The notes under the pieces: generated by a model | Told to the model about the DNA's origin: nothing | Databases searched by the model: none | What the model saw: only the letters and a program-made list of their open reading frames with translations | Made by a program: the position numbers and the translations under genes | DNA from: Candidatus Gottesmanbacteria bacterium | Lineage (GTDB): Bacteria > Patescibacteriota > Microgenomatia > UBA10105 > UBA927 | DNA length: 64,000 nucleotides | NCBI GenBank assembly: GCA_963711735.1 | Contig: CAVQFA010000003.1 | Coordinates: 146,971-210,970, forward strand | Reading direction: 5' to 3' | Shown: in pieces, positions 10,690 to 21,034 of the stretch | Layout: the number at the start of each line of letters is the position of its first letter | How positions within the stretch are numbered: position 1 is the first letter of the stretch

Positions 10690-13359
10690 TTACGGACAAC
10701 CGGCAGGCAGAAACGAAAAATCCGCCCCGCGCAGCTCATAGTGTAAATGTATTCCCGGACACCAGGACTCCCCACAGCCGGATCCATACGTCGACCCCGT
10801 TGCGTCCATAGTGCCGATTTCTTCTCCGGCATTAATTACAATGGGTGGTGTAGAGGGGTCATTATCGTGGGCGCTGTCATACGCCGTTTTTACTCTCGGG
10901 TCCACGGTTAATAAATGTGCGTACATTGTATAAAAGTTTGAACCCTCCGCACTCTTTGCAACCAGTATGACAAAATTACCATAACTTCCGTTTTCAAACG
11001 TGTTTGCGGGTATACCGTCGTGATATTGGGCAACAAATCCATCATGAGACGCGTATATTGGCGTTCCTTCGGCGTTGGCGATATCATATGCGTTGGCGTT
11101 TGAGTGGCTGAATGATCCGCCGGGAGATTGGGTAATCGTTCCGCTGGCAGGGCACGATGTGATTGTTGCTATAGGCGGCTCACCCTCTCCTGTATACGCC
11201 CATGACACAGGCACGCTGCTCCATGGTGCTCCGGGAACTTCAGGGCCTCCAGGGCCTGCCCCGACGGGTGCAATAAGGGCTGCATCACGGGCTATCTCCT
11301 GTGGAATTGTCCCTCCTGTTACCGATGAAAGACCCGGAACAAGTCCCGTAGAGAATAAAACAACACAAGCGATGATGGCAAGAGTTACGACAATTGGACC
11401 CTTATCTTCTTTAGGGAGAGTGCGTGTGCCTGTAAAATACTCAATACCGGCTTTGATGTATCTACCAATGAGGGGAAAAGCCTCACCGGTTTTTAATTTA
11501 TTAATGAAAGATGATCCGGCCCGGACAACAACATCTCCGACAACAAAACCCACAATTGCCCCGACAGGCCCTCCAAGCCAACCTATGGCTGATCCTATGA
11601 GTTTACCTAATGCGGTTGAACCGATTTTTGCTGAGATTCCGGTAATGAAAGTTGTAACAACTTTTTTAATTGCTGTCCCGGACGTCGTTTTTCCTGCAAC
11701 GCTAACAATTTCTTGTGTGGCTTTTTTTCCTGCACCCTTTGCTGTCAGCCGGAATACCCACTGAATAATATTACCTGTATCAAGTCCGAGAGACGGTCTG
11801 TCAGTTGTTTTCCTGTAACTTGCTCCTGCAAAATACACACGCAGAAGCTCTACTGTGTATATGACGGAATACCGCTCCTGTACGACAGAAAATACCGGCA
11901 TACCCCCCGTACCTGCTCCGGGAACGGGAAATGCGTATGGGAACACCTTCCTCCCGAGAAACATTGTTTTCAGAAGGCCAGCCGCAGCAGGTTCCGCAAA
12001 ACCCATTGTCCGTGGACCGGTAAGGACAGACATGAGAACGTCATCAACGGCACCACGCAACCCTTCAAGTTTGGGCTTAGGAACGCCGGCTATTTGAACA
12101 GAACGGAGTAGATCCCGGAAATCTTTTGAACCGGCAAGACTTGTACCGACAAGCTCGGCTAAACGCTCAGGTTTTGAGATGATGGAGCGAAGAGTCTCAC
12201 CAATAACCGCAGATTGAACATACATCTGTGCTTTTTCAGGGAGCAAACGCATTATTGCATCCGCTGTTTTTGCAGCGGGCGACGGAGAAAGAGACCGGAA
12301 AAAGGGGACCGGTGCGGATGCGGCAAGCCTGCGCGCGGAGTCGCCGTCAAGAGAAAGAGCGCGGACGGAATCGACAACGCCAATAGACGCATCAATTATG
12401 TGAGAGACTTCTGTTCCCTGATATGACGGTTCGTCTGCGACGCTTTTTACGGCAGCATAATAAACACCCGCACTTTCTGACTTCTCGGCTCCTTCTTCGA
12501 GCGACAGACGGGTCTGAAAAATATCTTCCTTCGAAGGAATCCGGTTGGGAAAAGCAGAGCGTAAAACGCGCGCATGCGCAATAATTTCTTCTCCATATAC
12601 TTTTTTATCTTTTGGTGTATAAGGAGTAAGAACAGCCGCCTCAACATATCCGACGCCGGGAGTTTTAATTATGGTTTCCATTTCCTGCGTAACTTCTTTT
12701 GCCGCAGCCCTTACGATTGTTTGTGCAACGGGAGGAGTTTGTGTGTGGGTTTGATCCTGAATTGTCTGAATCGCTGTTTCGGAAAGAGCATAGCATAAAA
12801 CGTCCCGTTCGTTCTGACCCGGAGCGACCTTTTCCAGTTGTTGCAGAAGCTCTGCCTCCTCACGTTTTTTAAGTTCATCCGCCACCCCCTCAGGAAGGAC
12901 TTCTGCATCCGGATGAGCGCGCCGTTCTATTCGCAACCTGTTTATGTATGCATCAACAAGCCGCCGGACGGATTCTGCTTCTAACCCCCTTTGTTTAACA
13001 GTCAGCGTCCTTGCTTTTTCATATTCTTCCTGAATAAGAGCAAGCTCAGCCGTTGGCACATAACTTTCCACATGCTGTTCAGCAGCCTCTTCACTTTTAT
13101 GAATCGTCAGAAGCCTGGAATGTATCTTACCGGAAAAATCATTGAACGCACGCGTAAACGCTTCGTTGTCAAATGATAACGGAGTAGCGTCTGTTGTGAT
13201 GGCGGAATAAAATTCTTCGTACGCCCTCCGGATTTCCTCGTCGGTTTGGGTTTGCGCGTAAAGGATAAGCTTGAGAGCCGACACTCCCAAAGACGACGGG
13301 GTTTCCGCAAGAACAGCAAAATCCAGGGCTTTTTCGGAGATATCAGTTTGATCTGCCAT
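10690..13359 (-). CDS. Membrane protein with C-terminal M23 peptidase domain (T4SS-associated wall hydrolase)
   Basis: HSNANAYD, YGNFV, YAHL and HLHYE zinc motifs; Gly-rich TM segments. Confidence 0.85.
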   Translation of the reverse strand: MADQTDISEKALDFAVLAETPSSLGVSALKLILYAQTQTDEEIRRAYEEFYSAITTDATPLSFDNEAFTRAFNDFSGKIHSRLLTIHKSEEAAEQHVESYVPTAELALIQEEYEKARTLTVKQRGLEAESVRRLVDAYINRLRIERRAHPDAEVLPEGVADELKKREEAELLQQLEKVAPGQNERDVLCYALSETAIQTIQDQTHTQTPPVAQTIVRAAAKEVTQEMETIIKTPGVGYVEAAVLTPYTPKDKKVYGEEIIAHARVLRSAFPNRIPSKEDIFQTRLSLEEGAEKSESAGVYYAAVKSVADEPSYQGTEVSHIIDASIGVVDSVRALSLDGDSARRLAASAPVPFFRSLSPSPAAKTADAIMRLLPEKAQMYVQSAVIGETLRSIISKPERLAELVGTSLAGSKDFRDLLRSVQIAGVPKPKLEGLRGAVDDVLMSVLTGPRTMGFAEPAAAGLLKTMFLGRKVFPYAFPVPGAGTGGMPVFSVVQERYSVIYTVELLRVYFAGASYRKTTDRPSLGLDTGNIIQWVFRLTAKGAGKKATQEIVSVAGKTTSGTAIKKVVTTFITGISAKIGSTALGKLIGSAIGWLGGPVGAIVGFVVGDVVVRAGSSFINKLKTGEAFPLIGRYIKAGIEYFTGTRTLPKEDKGPIVVTLAIIACVVLFSTGLVPGLSSVTGGTIPQEIARDAALIAPVGAGPGGPEVPGAPWSSVPVSWAYTGEGEPPIATITSCPASGTITQSPGGSFSHSNANAYDIANAEGTPIYASHDGFVAQYHDGIPANTFENGSYGNFVILVAKSAEGSNFYTMYAHLLTVDPRVKTAYDSAHDNDPSTPPIVINAGEEIGTMDATGSTYGSGCGESWCPGIHLHYELRGADFSFLPAGCP

Positions 13360-13389
13360 ACCACTCTCTATTATAGCGTAAACATCTCT

Positions 13390-15285
13390 CTATAATTTGT
13401 TCTGGGAAGTCTGTTCGACGGTAAAAATCGGGCGGGAGTTGTTTGTTTTTTTAGGTTGAATAATTTCCGGTGCGGGTATGGGTTCTTTCTTTTGAGGCAC
13501 AACCGTTTTTCTCTCCGCAATTTCCTGCGGTTTTGTCGTTGCTATGGCGTGTTCTTCGGGAGACGCGATGATCCGGACAGCCGCGTGAGCCGGGCCGGCA
13601 AAGAAAAGCCCTTCTCCGACGTCGGCAGAAAGAAGGAGGTGTTTTTCTCCCTCAGAAAGATAAAATATTTCCGCAACTTTATCTATTGCCGCTGAAGACT
13701 GTTTGAGCAGAAGCTGCATGCTTGAGTTTTGGATGATTGCCTTGCCGAGATCCTGTGACAGGAAATCTTCAACATCCTGGGTTATTGTTGTCACCCCGAG
13801 GTAATACTTGCGCGCGCGTTTGGCTATGGAGTTTAAAAATTGCGCTGAGTCGGGATACTTCATCATATACCAGGCCTCATCAACTATAAGGAGTCTCCGT
13901 TTAATGTCCCTTCGGATCCTGTTCCATATATAATCAAGGATGAGGTACATGGCGATAGGACGAAGTTCATCCTCAAGATCACGGATGGAAAAAACCGTAA
14001 GCTGATTATTGATGTTGACGTTGGTGTGTTGGTCAAATACACCGACAAGCGATCCTTTTACGAATTTTTCTATCCGGTCAGCAAGCCCCCGGGACACCGC
14101 ATCTTCCATACCGATGAGTGTTTTATATAAATCTTCTACCAAAGGAGGCTCGCGTGTATGGGTGGCCGGATCCGGCGTTATGCCTTTTTGCTTGTACGTG
14201 AGTATTAGAGCACGGTCAAGGATTGCATCTTCGCTCGGCGTAAGCTCGCCCATGACAACACGGAAAAACCCATGAAGCGACAACACTTTCTGGGAAAGTT
14301 CGCTTTCTCCGCTTATGCCTCCTGAGAGGGCAGTCAGATCAAAAGGATTTATTTTTGTTCCGGAGGAAAACGTAAACTGGATAAGAGTCCCTCCGAGAGC
14401 CTGGGTTAAAGGACCGTACTCATTTTCCGGATCAATGACGATAACCTCAGTGTTAAACATCATTGACCTGAGAATTTCAAGCTTAATGCAGTATGATTTT
14501 CCGGCACCGGATTTACCGAACACAACAGCGTTTGCGTTTTCAAGCGTAAAACGGTCAAAAATAACAAGAGATTCATTCCCCTCATTGATGCCGTAAAGGA
14601 TGCCCTCGTTTGCCGTCAGCTCTGATGTGGTGAATGGAAATGTAGTGGCAAGCGACGTGGTGTCCATATTGCGCGTAACAACAATCCTGTCCTGGGCCAT
14701 TGGAAGCGTTGTTTTAAATCCCTCTTCGGACTGCAGAAGAGTTTTTTTTGTCATAATCAGAAGTGAGGCGAGAGTTGCCTCAATCTGTTTTGTGGTTTTA
14801 TTAAGTTCCTCAATTGATTCAGCTGGAATGGTGATATAGAGTCCAAACTGGAAAAACCGTTCCGAGCCCTTGGCAAGCTCCTGTTGGAGAGAAAGCGCGT
14901 CCTCGAGAGCAACCTGTATGGAGGGTTCCACCACACGCCCGCGCTTGAAGTCCGACTGGATAGTGGCTTCCATTTCACCCACTTTCCGCTTGAGGTTTTC
15001 AAGAACCTCCTCAGAACGCGTCGGATAGATAAACATGGATATCTCGAGAGCATGGTTAAAAGAGATGATTGGCTCGAGCCAGTTGGCGCTTACGAACCTC
15101 GGGTACCCCGCAACAAAAAGTGTCCTGTGGTACTTTTCACCCACTTTTATATTGTCGAAATCTACCTCAATGGACGGAGGCGCGATAATGTCTGCTGTTG
15201 TCATCGGTCCGGTTGGTTCAGCTCCGGACGCGCTTTGTGTTTGATTGGGATTTATGATGGTGTCGAGCAGTTTTGGCAGGTTCAT
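13390..15285 (-). CDS. virB4: VirB4-like type IV secretion ATPase
   Basis: VFGKSGAGKS (Walker A), VIDPENEY, LLIVDEAW, KRARKY, ITQDVEDFL. Confidence 0.9.
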   Translation of the reverse strand: MNLPKLLDTIINPNQTQSASGAEPTGPMTTADIIAPPSIEVDFDNIKVGEKYHRTLFVAGYPRFVSANWLEPIISFNHALEISMFIYPTRSEEVLENLKRKVGEMEATIQSDFKRGRVVEPSIQVALEDALSLQQELAKGSERFFQFGLYITIPAESIEELNKTTKQIEATLASLLIMTKKTLLQSEEGFKTTLPMAQDRIVVTRNMDTTSLATTFPFTTSELTANEGILYGINEGNESLVIFDRFTLENANAVVFGKSGAGKSYCIKLEILRSMMFNTEVIVIDPENEYGPLTQALGGTLIQFTFSSGTKINPFDLTALSGGISGESELSQKVLSLHGFFRVVMGELTPSEDAILDRALILTYKQKGITPDPATHTREPPLVEDLYKTLIGMEDAVSRGLADRIEKFVKGSLVGVFDQHTNVNINNQLTVFSIRDLEDELRPIAMYLILDYIWNRIRRDIKRRLLIVDEAWYMMKYPDSAQFLNSIAKRARKYYLGVTTITQDVEDFLSQDLGKAIIQNSSMQLLLKQSSAAIDKVAEIFYLSEGEKHLLLSADVGEGLFFAGPAHAAVRIIASPEEHAIATTKPQEIAERKTVVPQKKEPIPAPEIIQPKKTNNSRPIFTVEQTSQNKL

Positions 15286-15289
15286 ACTG

Positions 15290-16001
15290 TTATGATGACG
15301 GGTTTACCCCGGGCGATGTCGCGGGGTTTATTTTGGGCGCCTCAATGTGTCCGCCCTGGTTTTGTACAAGTCCGGCAGTGAGCGGCTGTCCGGGATTATA
15401 GATGGTAAAAAATAACTGTGACAGTTCGTCGTTTGTAAGCTGGTGGGCACGAAGTCCGAGCCTGGATACGAGACGGATAACATGATCTTTCTTCGGCGTA
15501 AGAACCGTGAGGGCTTTCTCGATAATATATTCTTTCGGATACGGCAACCCCCGCGCTTTTCCGCCAAAAAGCACTTTCGTGGATGTTCCAAGCTCCAGAG
15601 AGGAAAACGGGATGACCACATAAAACTTTTTATCCAGTACGTCTTTTTCTTTTACCGTTGACGCGACAAAAGTTTTATATGCATTGATACTGTTTTTCAG
15701 TTTTTGATTTGTTTGTTTACCCTCCTGATCATCAAGGAGCTTAAGGTAGGATGAGATATCTTTCCGTTGTGTCCGGACAAGTACTTGGATCGGAAAGGAC
15801 AGTGAGTTGAGAAGTCCCGCGTACGCATAAATGATTGCTTCGCGTTCCTTTTCGGACAAGCAACCCAAAATTTACGGCCGTTGTCGTGACGATCAACGTG
15901 CACGATCCGTCGGCAAATAGAACAATATCGCGGACTATGTCGTTTATTTCAGTAAAACGCTGTGTTGATGCTTTGATAGGAACAACTGGTTTTTGTTTCA
16001 T
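15290..16001 (-). pseudogene. Conserved T4SS accessory protein between PrgI and VirB4, 1-nt frameshift at ~15861
   Basis: STQRF...AVNFGL joins LSEKEREAIIYAYAGLLNSLSFPIQ if one extra C is removed. Confidence 0.75.
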
Positions 16002-16009
16002 ACGGGTAC

Positions 16010-17284
16010 TTATGTTTGATTTTGTCCGAATACTTCCTTGGCAAGTTTTTCCCTCGACAGCTCTTTTTGGCTTTTAGCAATAATCTCTATTGGAGGGAGC
16101 ACTGTACCGGAAAGTGTAATCTGTGCACGGTCGAACACAAACCGGTTTCTCGGATCTTCCACCTCGATAATATACGTGTTATTAGGCAGGGGGCTTGCGG
16201 CGGCAAACTGACCAAGGCGGTTTGTCTTAAGAGCACGAACCGGCACATCATCTTTATCCCGTACGGTAACCAGAACGCTTGGAAGCAAATTGTTTTCATG
16301 ATCCTTGATGATTCCCGTTACGACATTTGGAAACGTTGTGAGTTTCGGGAGTCCCGCCCGGATTGCGCTGTCCGGCGTTATGACATTAACCGATGGTTTT
16401 GAGGGCTGTTGCATTTCTTGTGCAACGCGGTTGGGTGTCTGCTGCGGTTTTTGTGTTTGTGCAGACGAAAGCTGGATACGGAGTTTTGTTATCTCGTCCT
16501 GGGTTTTGTTTTTATCCGTCAGAGCGCCCGTTAATTCTTTTTGAAGCTCTACGATACGCTGTTCGTTTTGTGTCTTTTTTTGCAGCTCTCCGCGAAGCGC
16601 AGAAAGTTCTTTTTTGAGAAGTTCCATCTCGGGATTTATTTCGGGAGTTTCCGCTTTCAGCGGGGTCGGTTCCGTCGGCACCTGTGTCTTATGAGTCGGA
16701 GGTAAAGGCGTCTTTACGCCTATCGGAGAAAAATTTTGAACACTCGGCATAGGCGTTGTTGTTGAAGGGGTTGTGCGTTTTACTTCAGTCTTTAGAGCCG
16801 GATTTTTGTTTTGCGTTGACGGAAAAAATCCCGGGAGCACTCCGGGAAAACGAGGTTGGGTTTGAGATGCTGATGGCGGAGGAAGGGTTGCCTCTTGTTT
16901 TGCAGAAGGTGTGTGATGTGTGACAGATCCCGCACTGTTACCCTGTGGTGGCTTGGTTGGAGATGCCTGCACAGGCTTTTGTGTCGGAGTCGGAACAACT
17001 TCGCGCTTCCACACATAGAGAGTCGGACTATAGATGCTCTTGATAAACGCGAGAATCCAGACATCCATCGGACGCTCTTCAATCGGAATAAACGCCAAAC
17101 CAAATCCAAGAAGAAACACCCCAACCCCGAGGGGGAAGGTAAAAATCACAGGGAGAGGAAGTTTATAGCATACATACCCGACAATGGCTCCGAGAGCTAA
17201 ATACCCGAACTGTTTGAGAGTCATGTCACCTATGAGGCGAAACTGAAAAGTAGTGACATTTTGCGGGACAGGATGTTGTTCCAT
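16010..17284 (-). CDS. PrgI-family membrane protein with P/T linker, coiled coil and C-terminal beta-sandwich
   Basis: MEQHPVPQNVTTFQFRLIGDMTLKQF plus 2 TM helices and EERPMDVW. Confidence 0.85.
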   Translation of the reverse strand: MEQHPVPQNVTTFQFRLIGDMTLKQFGYLALGAIVGYVCYKLPLPVIFTFPLGVGVFLLGFGLAFIPIEERPMDVWILAFIKSIYSPTLYVWKREVVPTPTQKPVQASPTKPPQGNSAGSVTHHTPSAKQEATLPPPSASQTQPRFPGVLPGFFPSTQNKNPALKTEVKRTTPSTTTPMPSVQNFSPIGVKTPLPPTHKTQVPTEPTPLKAETPEINPEMELLKKELSALRGELQKKTQNEQRIVELQKELTGALTDKNKTQDEITKLRIQLSSAQTQKPQQTPNRVAQEMQQPSKPSVNVITPDSAIRAGLPKLTTFPNVVTGIIKDHENNLLPSVLVTVRDKDDVPVRALKTNRLGQFAAASPLPNNTYIIEVEDPRNRFVFDRAQITLSGTVLPPIEIIAKSQKELSREKLAKEVFGQNQT

Positions 17285-17426
17285 ACGGTTGTTTTCGTAT
17301 GATCATTGTAGGTTTTACCTCGCATTGTTTGCAAGTAGGAAAAGCGCATCAGAATCGTGAAAACTCTACATTTTACTTTTCACGACATGTTCCCAACGGG
17401 AACACACGCTGTGATATCATACATAT

Positions 17427-19598
17427 ATGGATTCGCGAATACTCCTTGAAGTGAAAAACTCCCGCGATTCGGAGGAACCTGTTGTTGCTATGGAGCAGGC
17501 CCTTTCCGCCCTTGGATCGGGACACGGACGCAGGAATTTTCTGTCAGAACTTCTGTTTGGGTTGCACGACGATAAATGGATGTGTCTCGAGATAATTGTT
17601 GCCTCATCACGCATACATTTTTTCGTTTCACTCCCTCCGCATTTGGAGACTGCATTTGTAAGTCAGATAACCGCGGTATATCCCAAAATTACCCTTACTC
17701 CCGTGGGGGAGTATATAGAGAAACTTCTGTTATTGCCGCATGCGTCGGGGCAACTGGTGTTCGGAGCACCGTTTTACTACCCCCTCAAAACACATAAAGA
17801 CGTTGCAGACCTCGATACGCTGGCAGGCATCGTCGGCCAATTATCCCGTGTGCCCGACGACCAGTGCGTGCTTGTACAGTACCGGATATCTCCAGCAGGA
17901 TCATCATGGCGTCATACGGCCCAGTCAATCATAAGCAAGGGTATTCAGGATATGTCCTACCCCGAACGGACCAAAGCACACCCTCAGGCCCGCATCATCG
18001 AGAGAAAAGCAAGCGAAACCGGATATGAAACAGGCGTGAGAATTGTAGCAACCGCTCCGGATAAGGAACGCGCAGAAATACAGATGCAGTCGGTAGCCGG
18101 AGCATTCGGAATATTTTCGCTCGGGGAGGGAAACAGTTTGCAGCTCAAAGAACCGTTGTTTTGGCAGAAAACAAAGCTCGACAAAGCAATTACCCAAAGG
18201 AGCGGTTACCTTATCCCACGTAACCACGTTTTTTCCGTTTCCGAGCTTGCAACCCTCTGGCATCCTCCCGGACTTGCGCTTGCTGCGATAAAAAATATCG
18301 CGTGGGGAACGCGTTTGTCCGGCGAAGCACCGGAAAACCTACCCATTACAGTGGGTAAAGAAGAGGAAGATGCAAAAATAAACTTTTTTGCCCGTACGGA
18401 ATATAAAAACAAGCTTTCGACATTCGGTATTAAAAAAGAAGACAGGAGAAAACATGTCTATATGGTCGGAAAAACCGGCACCGGCAAATCAACCGTTATT
18501 GCCAACATGGCGATTAACGACATGAGACACGGAGAGGGTCTTGCGGTTGTTGACCCGCACGGGGATTTATGTGAAACGATTCTTGACTACGTGCCGTCAT
18601 TCCGGATCAATGATGTGGCATACCTCAATCCTTCCGATGTAGAATATCCGTTTCACCTCAATCCTCTTGAAGTGAAAAATTCCACTTACCGCGAGCTTGT
18701 AACTTCCGGAATCGTGTCGATTTTTTATAAACTGTACCACTACAGCTGGGGACCGAGGCTCGAGTATATTTTACGCAACGCCATCTCGACGCTTCTGACG
18801 GTTCCCGATTCTACGCTCCTTTCCGTGCCGGACATCCTCACCAACGATGCGTTCCGTGCAAAAACAATTGAAAAGCTTGATGACAGGGTGCTCAAAAATT
18901 TCTGGCTGAACGAGTTTAACAAGATGACGCCTCAGATCCGCATTGAATCCATTTCACCGATTCTCAACAAGGTCGGGCAATTTCTCACGTCCCAAACCAT
19001 CCGGAATATAGTCGGAAGTCCGGTGTCTACAATTGACCTTGAAACAATGATGAACGAAGGGAAAATCGTGATAGTTAATCTGTCGCAGGGTAAACTCGGT
19101 GAGGACTCAAGTGCGCTTCTCGGGTCCATGATCATCACTAAGTTTCAGCTTGCTGCTATGAACAGGGTGTATACGACGGAAAAAGAAAGACACGATTTTT
19201 ATCTCTACGTAGATGAGTTTCAGAACTTTGCAACAAACTCATTCATCAAAATTCTTTCCGAGGCGCGAAAGTACAGACTTAATCTCATGCTTGCCAATCA
19301 GTATATCGGGCAGATTGATGAGGAAGTACAAAAAGCGATATTCGGAAACGCAGGGTCTCTTATATCCTTCGGAGTCGGTGCGGCTGACGCACGGCTCCTT
19401 TCACGCGAGTTCGGTACGAAGTATACGGAAGATGAACTCGTTGCTATGGGAAATTATGAAATAGCACTCAAACTTTCTATCGACAATCACACATCCCATC
19501 CTTTTTCCGGTATGACGCTGCCGTTGCCGAAAAGCAAAAACCAAAACAGGGAAAAGGTCATCCGTGCAAGCCGCGAACGGTACTGCAAAAAGATATAA
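17427..19598 (+). CDS. VirD4/TraD-like type IV secretion coupling ATPase
   Basis: HVYMVGKTGTGKS, VVDPHGDL, WGPRLEYILRN, YVDEFQNF, LSEARKY. Confidence 0.9.
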   Translation: MDSRILLEVKNSRDSEEPVVAMEQALSALGSGHGRRNFLSELLFGLHDDKWMCLEIIVASSRIHFFVSLPPHLETAFVSQITAVYPKITLTPVGEYIEKLLLLPHASGQLVFGAPFYYPLKTHKDVADLDTLAGIVGQLSRVPDDQCVLVQYRISPAGSSWRHTAQSIISKGIQDMSYPERTKAHPQARIIERKASETGYETGVRIVATAPDKERAEIQMQSVAGAFGIFSLGEGNSLQLKEPLFWQKTKLDKAITQRSGYLIPRNHVFSVSELATLWHPPGLALAAIKNIAWGTRLSGEAPENLPITVGKEEEDAKINFFARTEYKNKLSTFGIKKEDRRKHVYMVGKTGTGKSTVIANMAINDMRHGEGLAVVDPHGDLCETILDYVPSFRINDVAYLNPSDVEYPFHLNPLEVKNSTYRELVTSGIVSIFYKLYHYSWGPRLEYILRNAISTLLTVPDSTLLSVPDILTNDAFRAKTIEKLDDRVLKNFWLNEFNKMTPQIRIESISPILNKVGQFLTSQTIRNIVGSPVSTIDLETMMNEGKIVIVNLSQGKLGEDSSALLGSMIITKFQLAAMNRVYTTEKERHDFYLYVDEFQNFATNSFIKILSEARKYRLNLMLANQYIGQIDEEVQKAIFGNAGSLISFGVGAADARLLSREFGTKYTEDELVAMGNYEIALKLSIDNHTSHPFSGMTLPLPKSKNQNREKVIRASRERYCKKI

Positions 19599-19600
19599 AC

Positions 19601-20155
19601 ATGAACACCGTCTTATTCGGAGGGGCTTTTAATCCGCCGCACAACGGGCATCTCGCAATCGCCCAACAGGTGCTGGACTATTTTCCGTGCGATGAGTTGT
19701 GGTTTCTCCCGAACTACGGTCAGTCGTTTGAAAAGTCGGTTGCGCCTCCGGAGGACCGCCTTGCGATGACGCGGTTTTTGGTGCTTCCGAAGACGAAAAT
19801 ATCAACGATAGAGACAGATAATAAACTGAACGGTCAGACAATTACTCTCCTTACTCATCTCCCGCGCGGAAACAAATACACGTTCCTTATCGGGTCGGAT
19901 CAGTTGCCGTTGTTTCATAAGTGGGGTAATTGGCAGGAGCTGGTAAAAAAACTTCAGTTTTTAGTTTTTCCGAGGTACGGGTTTCCGGTTGAACCTCTAT
20001 ATCCGAATATGACTGTGCTTCAAAACGAAAACCTGATGCTTCTGAATATATCATCAACAAAAATAAGAGCCCGCGTCAAAGAGGGTTTGCCGATTGACCT
20101 GTTTGTGCCTCAGGGAGTTAAGGAGTATATTGCAGAACATAACCTCTATAAATAA
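19601..20155 (+). CDS. nadD: Nicotinate/nicotinamide-nucleotide adenylyltransferase
   Basis: FGGAFNPPHNGH, FLIGSDQ, ISSTKIR. Confidence 0.92.
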   Translation: MNTVLFGGAFNPPHNGHLAIAQQVLDYFPCDELWFLPNYGQSFEKSVAPPEDRLAMTRFLVLPKTKISTIETDNKLNGQTITLLTHLPRGNKYTFLIGSDQLPLFHKWGNWQELVKKLQFLVFPRYGFPVEPLYPNMTVLQNENLMLLNISSTKIRARVKEGLPIDLFVPQGVKEYIAEHNLYK

Positions 20156-20159
20156 ATGT

Positions 20160-20957
20160 ATGAAGCAAATTGATCCGGAAAAGGAAATAGCAAACATAGT
20201 ATCGTTTATTACAAACGCATTTCAAAAAGCCGGGTTTACACGGGGGGTTATCGGTGTTTCCGGCGGAGTGGATTCTGCTGTTTCACTTGCGCTTGCAATC
20301 CGCGCACTTGGCGCGGAGAATGTATTTCCCGTTTTGCTCCCTCACGGTTCCCTGTCTACCCGCTCTACACTGGATGCGATGGAACTTGTCGGTTCACTTG
20401 GCATACCCAGAAACAACATAACACGAATTGATATAGAGCCTGCCGTCCGTGAAATTTCCAAATCCGATCCGGGTATGGACAGACTCCGGCGCGGAAATAT
20501 CATGGCGCGTGTGAGGATGACGTGCCTCTTTGATCAGGCAAAAAAAAGAAACGCTCTTGTCGTCGGAACGGAAAACAAGTCCGAGCACATGCTTGGATAC
20601 TTCACGCGGTTTGGTGATGAGGCAAGCGACGTTGAGCCCTGTATTCATTTATATAAAACCCAAATCTACAACCTTGCCCGGGCACTGAAAATTTCTGAAA
20701 CAATTCTGAAAAAAACTCCTTCTGCAGACCTTTATTTCGAGCAGACCGACGAAAGTGAGCTTGGATTTACCTACAAAGATGCTGATGAAATCATGTATTT
20801 ACTGTACGACGAAAAGAAAACGGAAGCAGAAGTCGTGTTGCGCGGATTTAGCGATGGGGTCGTAAAAAAAGTCAAGCTCCGGACAGAACAAAACGCGTTC
20901 AAACACAACATGCCTATTTGTTATGTTCCGTCACTATATGAAAAAATTGTCGGATAA
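20160..20957 (+). CDS. nadE: NH3-dependent NAD+ synthetase
   Basis: GVSGGVDS, GNIMARVRM, GTENKSE, GYFTRFGD, PSADL, QTDE. Confidence 0.95.
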   Translation: MKQIDPEKEIANIVSFITNAFQKAGFTRGVIGVSGGVDSAVSLALAIRALGAENVFPVLLPHGSLSTRSTLDAMELVGSLGIPRNNITRIDIEPAVREISKSDPGMDRLRRGNIMARVRMTCLFDQAKKRNALVVGTENKSEHMLGYFTRFGDEASDVEPCIHLYKTQIYNLARALKISETILKKTPSADLYFEQTDESELGFTYKDADEIMYLLYDEKKTEAEVVLRGFSDGVVKKVKLRTEQNAFKHNMPICYVPSLYEKIVG

Positions 20958-21034
20958 ATAGTTTACCCAAAACAGACAAGCAGATTGCGCTAATAGGATC
21001 GAAGAGATACAATTATTTATAATATCTTTGGCGT

